From Spirochaetia bacterium (GTDB taxonomy: Bacteria; Spirochaetota; Spirochaetia; CAKZLE01), in contig OY782041.1 in assembly GCA_963677595.1 (NCBI GenBank), positions 2,528,001 through 2,592,000 of the forward strand: 64,000 nt of DNA, given 5' to 3'. The notes beneath the pieces were generated by a model that saw only the letters and a list, made by a program, of their open reading frames with translations, was not told the origin of the DNA and ran no database searches. The first letter of the stretch is position 1. Every line of letters starts with the position of its first letter. Shown here piece after piece: positions 58,176-64,000 of this stretch. Made by a program: the position numbers and the translations under genes.

Positions 58176-58385
58176 TCAGCGTTCCTCATCCATGGCGGCA
58201 TTGTAGCCGAGCTCATCAAGGATGTTGATCAGCTTGACCGGCTGGGCATCACTCGTGAGCACCACCCGCTTCCTGTCGAGGTCCACCGAGATATCGGACA
58301 CCTCGGCAAGCCCCTTGAGGGCATTGGTGATCTTCTCCCTGCAGTTCTCGCAGTGCATATCTTCGACATAGAGTGTGTAGTTCAT
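58176..58385 (-). CDS. Heavy-metal-associated (CopZ-like) protein
   Basis: MHCENC metal motif, C-terminal LGY; GAGG RBS. Confidence 0.87.
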   Translation of the reverse strand: MNYTLYVEDMHCENCREKITNALKGLAEVSDISVDLDRKRVVLTSDAQPVKLINILDELGYNAAMDEER

Positions 58386-58553
58386 ACAGGCCTCCTCTCT
58401 CGTTCTTCTATTGTACATCGTTTCTTCCCGATTCGGGAGTGTTTTTGTGAAGAGAAAACGATGATACTGCCAGGAAAATAGCATATGCTAATAATTGACA
58501 GGTTCCCGATTTTCCTGTAGGATGTCAGCAGAGAATCTGAAGCAGGAGCGATC

Positions 58554-59418
58554 ATGAACATAGCAGTAGCAAGTGGCAAGGGGGGGTACCGGGAAGACGA
58601 CCCTCTCGACCAATCTCACCCACTACCTGGCAGGAGAGGGGTATGAGGTGGTCCTCACCGACCTCGATGTGGAGGAGCCCAACTCGGGGCTCTTCCTCTC
58701 CGGGGAGACGGTCCAGGCGAGTCGGGAGGTGAGGATGGTCCCCCGGTGGGACAAGCAGGCCTGTACGTTCTGCGGGGCCTGCCAGGCAACCTGCAGGTTC
58801 CACGCGATCGTGAAGCTGCCGACCGAGGTGATGATCTTCCCTGAGATGTGCCACAGTTGCCATGCCTGTTCCGAACTCTGCCCGGCCCATGCCCTTCCCA
58901 TGGTGGAGACCGAGATCGGGACCCTGACCCATATGAGGAGTACGGCCTTCGATTTCATCGAGAGCAGGCTCGATATAGGGGAGGAGCAGTCCGTCCCGCT
59001 GATCCGCAGGACGATCGACTATGTCGGGGAGCACTTCAACCCGAACATCATACGGATCTTCGATGCGCCGCCGGGGACTGCCTGTCCGGTGATCGAGGTC
59101 GCGAAGCGGATGGACCTCATCCTCTTGGTGACCGAACCGACCCCCTTCGGGCTCCACGACCTCTCCCTGGCTGTTGAGACGATGCGCCATGTGGGAGTTC
59201 CCTTCGGCGTGGTCATAAACCGGTACGGTATCGGGGATGACGGCGTGGAGGAGTACTGCCGCCGGGAGGGGATCGGTATCATCGCGAGGATACCGAACGA
59301 CCGCAGGATAGCGGAACGCTACTCGAGCGGTGAGCTCGCATACCCCGGTCATGCCGGGATGCAGGAAGCATTAGCAAAGGTCAGGGACCGGATCCTGGGA
59401 GTGGAGGTGCGTGTATGA
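58554..59418 (+). pseudogene. MinD-superfamily P-loop ATPase with ferredoxin insert; +1 frameshift in a G7 run within Walker A
   Basis: AGGAG + ATG 58554 gives MNIAVASGKG; GGTGKTT...DLDVEEPN continues in the next frame; G run at 58580-58586. Confidence 0.8.
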
Positions 59419-60287
59419 AGGAGATCGTCGTGATCTCAGGAAAGGGCGGTACGGGGAAGACCTCGATCACGGCAGCCCTGGGCGTGCTCGGTGCGGACTG
59501 TGTGGTTATCGCCGACTGCGACGTGGATGCTGCCGATATGCATATGCTGATGTCCCCCAAGGTGGAAGCCAGTGAAGGGTTCCTCAGCGGGGCGGTCGCC
59601 GTGATCGATGAGGATGCCTGCATCCACTGCGGCAGGTGTGCCCGGGTCTGCAGGTTCGACGCGATCCCCTATCGGGACGGTAAGTTCGTCGTGGAGCCGC
59701 TCGACTGCGAGGGCTGCGGCTACTGCGAGCGGATCTGCCCGGCACAGGCGATCAGGATGGAAGAGCAGGAGGTAGGTACCGTCTTCTATTCGGAGACCCG
59801 GTACTCCTCCCCCATGGTCCATGCGGCCCTCCATATCGGGGCGGAGAACTCAGGGAAGCTCGTGGCCAAGGTCAAGCGGGAGGCGAAACGCATCGCAGAG
59901 AAGAACGGCAGGGAGGTCGTCCTGGTCGACGGGTCCCCCGGCATCGGGTGCCCTGTGGTCTCCTCCCTGACCGGGGCGGACCGGGTGCTGCTCGTGACCG
60001 AGCCGACCGTCTCGGGTCTGCACGACCTGAAGCGCGTCCACGAGGTGGTGAAGCGGTTCCAGATCCCTGCTGCCTGCCTGGTGAACAAGGCTGACCTGAA
60101 TGTGGGGATGGCTGATGAGATCCATGCCTACCTTGCAGAGGAGCATATCCTCCACCTTGGCGATATCCCCTATGACGAGGCTTTCACGAAGAGCATGGTG
60201 GATGGGAGGACGATCGTGGAGACCGACGGGGACGGCAGGATCAGGGACCTGCTCCAGGCGGGCTGGGAGCGGATCACCGGGGAGTAG
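59415..60287 (+). CDS. MinD-superfamily P-loop ATPase with ferredoxin insert
   Basis: SGKGGTGKT, DCDVDA, two CxxCxxC motifs and DGSPGIGCPV. Confidence 0.9.
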   Translation: MKEIVVISGKGGTGKTSITAALGVLGADCVVIADCDVDAADMHMLMSPKVEASEGFLSGAVAVIDEDACIHCGRCARVCRFDAIPYRDGKFVVEPLDCEGCGYCERICPAQAIRMEEQEVGTVFYSETRYSSPMVHAALHIGAENSGKLVAKVKREAKRIAEKNGREVVLVDGSPGIGCPVVSSLTGADRVLLVTEPTVSGLHDLKRVHEVVKRFQIPAACLVNKADLNVGMADEIHAYLAEEHILHLGDIPYDEAFTKSMVDGRTIVETDGDGRIRDLLQAGWERITGE

Positions 60288-60460
60288 CCTACTTGGTAAT
60301 CGATTGATCGATAATGAATTGCATATGACCAGAGTACCTTGGGACACAGCAATATAGAGCAAAATAGTGTAGATAAACACTCATATATAGAATCGCTTGT
60401 ACAAAGGGAATATATGTGACACAATGTTAGGATAATACAAATCAGTAGAGGAGATTGAGT

Positions 60461-61555
60461 ATGAAAAAAGCATTGGCACTCATCTGTTTTCTCATGGTGC
60501 TGGCTCCGTTTGGCGTGTTCGCAGGAGGAGCTCAGGAGACGGTAGTCGCTGAAGATGAACCATTCAAGGTCGCATTCGTCTATATCGGGCCCCCGGGAGA
60601 CCTCGGCTGGACCTATATGCACGATGTCGGCAGGCTCGAGCTCGAGGCATCCTTGGGTGATGCAGTCGAGACGACATTCATCGAGAGTGTCGAGGAGGGT
60701 CCTGACAGCGCACGCATCATGGGCCAATACGCTCGAAACGGCTATGACATGATCTTCGCCACCTCCTTCGGTTATATGGACTATACCCTGGAATCAGCAC
60801 AGGGGAATACCGATACCCTCTTCGAGCACTGCTCAGGGTACAAGGTAGCTGACAACATGGCTACCTACTTCGGCCGGATCTACCAGCCGAGATACCTCTC
60901 AGGTATCGTGGCAGGCTCCATGACCGAGACCGACACGATCGGTTATGTCGCTGCATTCCCGATCCCTGAGGTCATCAGGGGGATCAATGCCTTCGCCCTC
61001 GGCGTACAGTCAGTCAACCCTGCGGCCAAGGTGAAGGTCGTCTGGACCAACACCTGGTATGATCCGGTCCTTGAGCGAGAGGCTGCGATCTCTCTGCTCG
61101 ACTCCGGCTGCGATATCCTCGCACAGCACCAGGATACCACCGAACCTCCCAAGGCAGCACTAGAGAGAGGCGCCATGAGCATCGGGTACGATGCCGACAT
61201 GGCCAAGTTCGTGGGTGAGTCGGTACTCTGTTCCCCGATGTGGAACTGGGGCCCGTACTACACCGAGACCGTACAGGCTGCTATGGATGGCACCTGGGAA
61301 TCACACCAGTTCTGGGGCGGTCTGACGGACAATACCGTGAAGCTCTCAGACCTGAGCCCGCTGGTTCCCGCAGACGTAGCAGCCAAGGTCGCTACAGCCC
61401 AGGCTAAGATCGAATCAGGCTCCTGGGACGTGTTCACCGGGCCGATCAGGGACCAGTCTGGTGCGGTTGTCGTTCCGGCAGGTGAGGTCATGAGTGACGG
61501 CGACATGCTCAACATGGGCTTCTTCGTCGAGGGAGTCGTCGGTACGATCAACTAG
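60461..61555 (+). CDS. BMP-family ABC substrate-binding protein (purine/nucleoside-type)
   Basis: Signal peptide; YIGP.GD.GWTY.H, TSFGYM, PIPEV.RGINAF and W.N.WYDP motifs. Confidence 0.9.
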   Translation: MKKALALICFLMVLAPFGVFAGGAQETVVAEDEPFKVAFVYIGPPGDLGWTYMHDVGRLELEASLGDAVETTFIESVEEGPDSARIMGQYARNGYDMIFATSFGYMDYTLESAQGNTDTLFEHCSGYKVADNMATYFGRIYQPRYLSGIVAGSMTETDTIGYVAAFPIPEVIRGINAFALGVQSVNPAAKVKVVWTNTWYDPVLEREAAISLLDSGCDILAQHQDTTEPPKAALERGAMSIGYDADMAKFVGESVLCSPMWNWGPYYTETVQAAMDGTWESHQFWGGLTDNTVKLSDLSPLVPADVAAKVATAQAKIESGSWDVFTGPIRDQSGAVVVPAGEVMSDGDMLNMGFFVEGVVGTIN

Positions 61556-61586
61556 TATCCGGGCAGACTTCGAAAGAGTGAATGAA

Positions 61587-61611
61587 GATGGCGGACGGCG
61601 AGTCCGCCATC
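61587..61611 (+). terminator. Intercistronic stem-loop after the SBP gene
   Basis: GATGGCGGAC-GGCGA-GTCCGCCATC, perfect 10-bp stem. Confidence 0.6.
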
Positions 61612-61640
61612 GTTCGTTACGACCAGTGAGAGAGAAGCTA

Positions 61641-63173
61641 ATGAGTACACAACACGATACCGCGCTCCTGCGCATGGAGGGGGTCACCAAACGGTTCCCC
61701 GGGGTCATCGCCAATGACGGGGTGGACCTGGAACTCCATGCAGGCGAGGTCCTCGCCCTCCTCGGGGAGAACGGGGCGGGCAAGAGCACCCTGATGAACG
61801 TGCTCGCAGGGCTCTATCGCCCTGATGAGGGAACGATCTCCCTGCGGGGAGAGCGGGTGGCCATCCACTCGCCGCAGGACTCCATGCACCTGGGGATCGG
61901 CATGATCCACCAGGAGTTCATGCTGGTGCAGACCATGACCGTCGCCGAGAACATCATCCTTGGGCTGCAGGACCTGCAGTTCATCCCTCCCATGCCTGAG
62001 GTGAGGAAGCGGATCACCGAGCTCTCGGACCGCTACGGCCTCAAGGTCGACCCTGATGCATACATCTATGAACTGAGTGTCGGGGAGCAACAGCGGGTAG
62101 AGATCCTCAAGCTCGTCTACCGGGGGGCAGAGATCCTCATCCTCGATGAGCCTACGGCTGTCCTGACTCCCCAGGAGTCACGTGAGCTGAACGGGATCAT
62201 CTCGACCATGCTCTCGGAGGGGAAGTCAGCGATCTTCATCACCCACAAGATGGATGAAGTGCTCTCCTTCTCCCACCGGGTCCAGGTCCTTCGGCAGGGA
62301 AAGACCGTCGCCGCCTGCCAGACCAAGGGCACGACACCGAAGGAGCTGGCGACTATGATGGTGGGTAGGGAAGTCCTCTTCCATCTCGAGAAGGGACCCT
62401 TCGACCCGGGACAGTCGAGGCTCCAGCTCGACCATGTCTCGAGTGTCGATCCGACCGGACGCCGCCTGCTCGATGATATCACCCTCTCCATACGGGAGGG
62501 CGAGATCCTCGGGATCGCCGGTGTGGCCGGGAACGGCCAGCAGGAGCTTGCCGAGGTGATCACGGGCTTGAGGAAGGCCTCGGAAGGGACCGTCAGAATA
62601 GATTCAGCAGACCTTACCAACCGGCAGCCGATCGAGCTGATCCGGGCCGGTATGAGCCACATACCCGCGGACCGTGGGGCGATGGGCATCGTCGGGGACA
62701 TGAGCGTCGCCGACAACCTCGTCATGAAGCGGTACCGGAAAGAACCGATCGCGAGCAGGCATGGAGTCATGCATGCGAACCGTATCGTCGATTTCGCGAA
62801 GAGGATGATCTCCTCGTTCAGGATCGCTACCCCGAGACCGGAGACGCATGTGAAGTTCCTCTCAGGCGGTAACATCCAGAAGACGATCCTTGCCCGGGAG
62901 ATCGACTCCTGCGGGGGAGTACTCATTGCCGTCTACCCCTCCCGGGGCCTTGATGTCGGTGCCACTGAGGCCGTGAGGATGAACATCATCGCGCAGCGGG
63001 ACAACCGCGGCGCGGTGCTGCTTGTTTCCGAGGAGCTTGATGAGCTGATGTCTGTTGCTGACAGGATTGGCGTCATGTTCGAGGGACGGCTGATGGGTAT
63101 CGTCGAGGCTGGAAAGACCAACAGGGAAGAGCTCGGGCTGATGATGGCCGGGATGCGCGGAGGTGATGCATGA
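61641..63173 (+). CDS. ABC ATP-binding protein (CUT2/nucleoside type)
   Basis: GENGAGKST, LSVGEQQRVEI, LDEPT and LSGGNIQK motifs. Confidence 0.93.
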   Translation: MSTQHDTALLRMEGVTKRFPGVIANDGVDLELHAGEVLALLGENGAGKSTLMNVLAGLYRPDEGTISLRGERVAIHSPQDSMHLGIGMIHQEFMLVQTMTVAENIILGLQDLQFIPPMPEVRKRITELSDRYGLKVDPDAYIYELSVGEQQRVEILKLVYRGAEILILDEPTAVLTPQESRELNGIISTMLSEGKSAIFITHKMDEVLSFSHRVQVLRQGKTVAACQTKGTTPKELATMMVGREVLFHLEKGPFDPGQSRLQLDHVSSVDPTGRRLLDDITLSIREGEILGIAGVAGNGQQELAEVITGLRKASEGTVRIDSADLTNRQPIELIRAGMSHIPADRGAMGIVGDMSVADNLVMKRYRKEPIASRHGVMHANRIVDFAKRMISSFRIATPRPETHVKFLSGGNIQKTILAREIDSCGGVLIAVYPSRGLDVGATEAVRMNIIAQRDNRGAVLLVSEELDELMSVADRIGVMFEGRLMGIVEAGKTNREELGLMMAGMRGGDA

Positions 63174-64000
63174 GGATCGTACTGGAAAAACGTGAGACCC
63201 GTTCAAGGAAGGTGACCGCACTCGTGCCGATCGTCTCCTTCATCGTCTCCCTGCTGCTCGGGGCGATCGTCCTCGCCCTCTCAGGTGCCAACCCGTTCTC
63301 CACCTACGGCTATATGTTCCGCGGTGCCTTCGGTTCCTGGATCGATTTCACGGAGACCCTGGTGAAGGCGATCCCGCTGATCCTGACAGGGCTCGGCGTG
63401 GCACTCGCCTTCAAGCTCAGGTTCTGGAATATCGGGGCTGAGGGTCAGTTCATCTGGGGAGCCATCGGGACGGCTTGGGTCATGATCTTCTGGAAGTTCG
63501 TTCCCCTTCCGCTGCTGCTCCCGACGGGGCTGCTCATGGGAATGATCGCGGGTGCCGTGTGGGCCGGGGTTCCGGCCATCCTGAAAGCCCGCTGGGGCGT
63601 CGATGAGACGCTCACGACCCTGATGCTCAACTACGTGGCCATCAGGTTCGCCGAGTATCTCTACTACGGCCCCTGGAGGGACCCGAAGGGGTTCGGGTTC
63701 CCGGGAACCGAACCGTTCCCCGCTGAGGCATGGCTGCCGAGGTTCTCAGGCCGGGCACATGCCGGGCTCTTCATAGCCCTGGCCATCGCGCTGGTCCTCT
63801 GGTTCGTTCTCTCGAAGACCCGCTGGGGGTTCGAGATACAGATGATAGGCCAGAACCCGAAGGCGGCACGCTGTCTTGGTGTCAGGATCGAGCGAAACAT
63901 CATCCTGACCCTGCTCATCTCAGGGGCCCTGGCAGGCCTTGCCGGTGCGACCGAGGTGGCGGGGATCTCCCACCGCCTGCAGAAGGGCATCGACATGGGC
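63170..64000 (+). CDS. ABC permease (nucleoside type), truncated by the window end
   Basis: ATG overlaps the upstream stop; MRIVLEKR..., FWNIGAEGQ, TLMLNY, G.NP.AA; open to the edge. Confidence 0.88.
   Translation, partial: MRIVLEKRETRSRKVTALVPIVSFIVSLLLGAIVLALSGANPFSTYGYMFRGAFGSWIDFTETLVKAIPLILTGLGVALAFKLRFWNIGAEGQFIWGAIGTAWVMIFWKFVPLPLLLPTGLLMGMIAGAVWAGVPAILKARWGVDETLTTLMLNYVAIRFAEYLYYGPWRDPKGFGFPGTEPFPAEAWLPRFSGRAHAGLFIALAIALVLWFVLSKTRWGFEIQMIGQNPKAARCLGVRIERNIILTLLISGALAGLAGATEVAGISHRLQKGIDMG

Noticed and set aside
60290-60460. Possible purine riboswitch before the BMP operon (CACTCATATA resembles a P1 start)
   Set aside because: The conserved TTTCTACC and CCGTAAA core elements and the P2/P3 stems are absent

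Overview
Bacterial chromosomal window, mostly GC-rich. A Spirochaetia (Sphaerochaetaceae-like) origin is inferred from 'FAAGQ/FAGGAQE' signal peptides, the long PRS N-terminus, LoaP and an Rfu-type transporter. Contents in order: (1) 1-10.3 kb, a catabolic operon for an unknown N-heterocycle (cucumopine-synthase-like partial gene, NMT1-type ABC importer, DhaK/L, HisC-like aminotransferase, carbamoylase, dihydropyrimidinase, MppR-like ADC protein, GntR). (2) A sigma54-driven NCS1 permease/DUF917/hydantoinase operon, divergent from its activator; the activator is followed by degenerate copies of the same two enzymes. (3) An uncharacterised three-gene operon: membrane Zn-finger/coiled-coil protein, coiled-coil protein and beta-helix protein. 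(4) loaP, argH, a Na/Pi symporter and an FMN-riboswitch-controlled Rfu-type ABC transporter. (5) An ADH/AOR locus with an IS1634 element flanked by a ~212-bp direct repeat. (6) argCJBD with ARG boxes, assorted housekeeping genes, a frameshifted MinD-ferredoxin ATPase and a BMP ABC operon running off the end. No rRNA, tRNA or CRISPR array was seen. All family assignments come from motif recognition by eye, not database searches.
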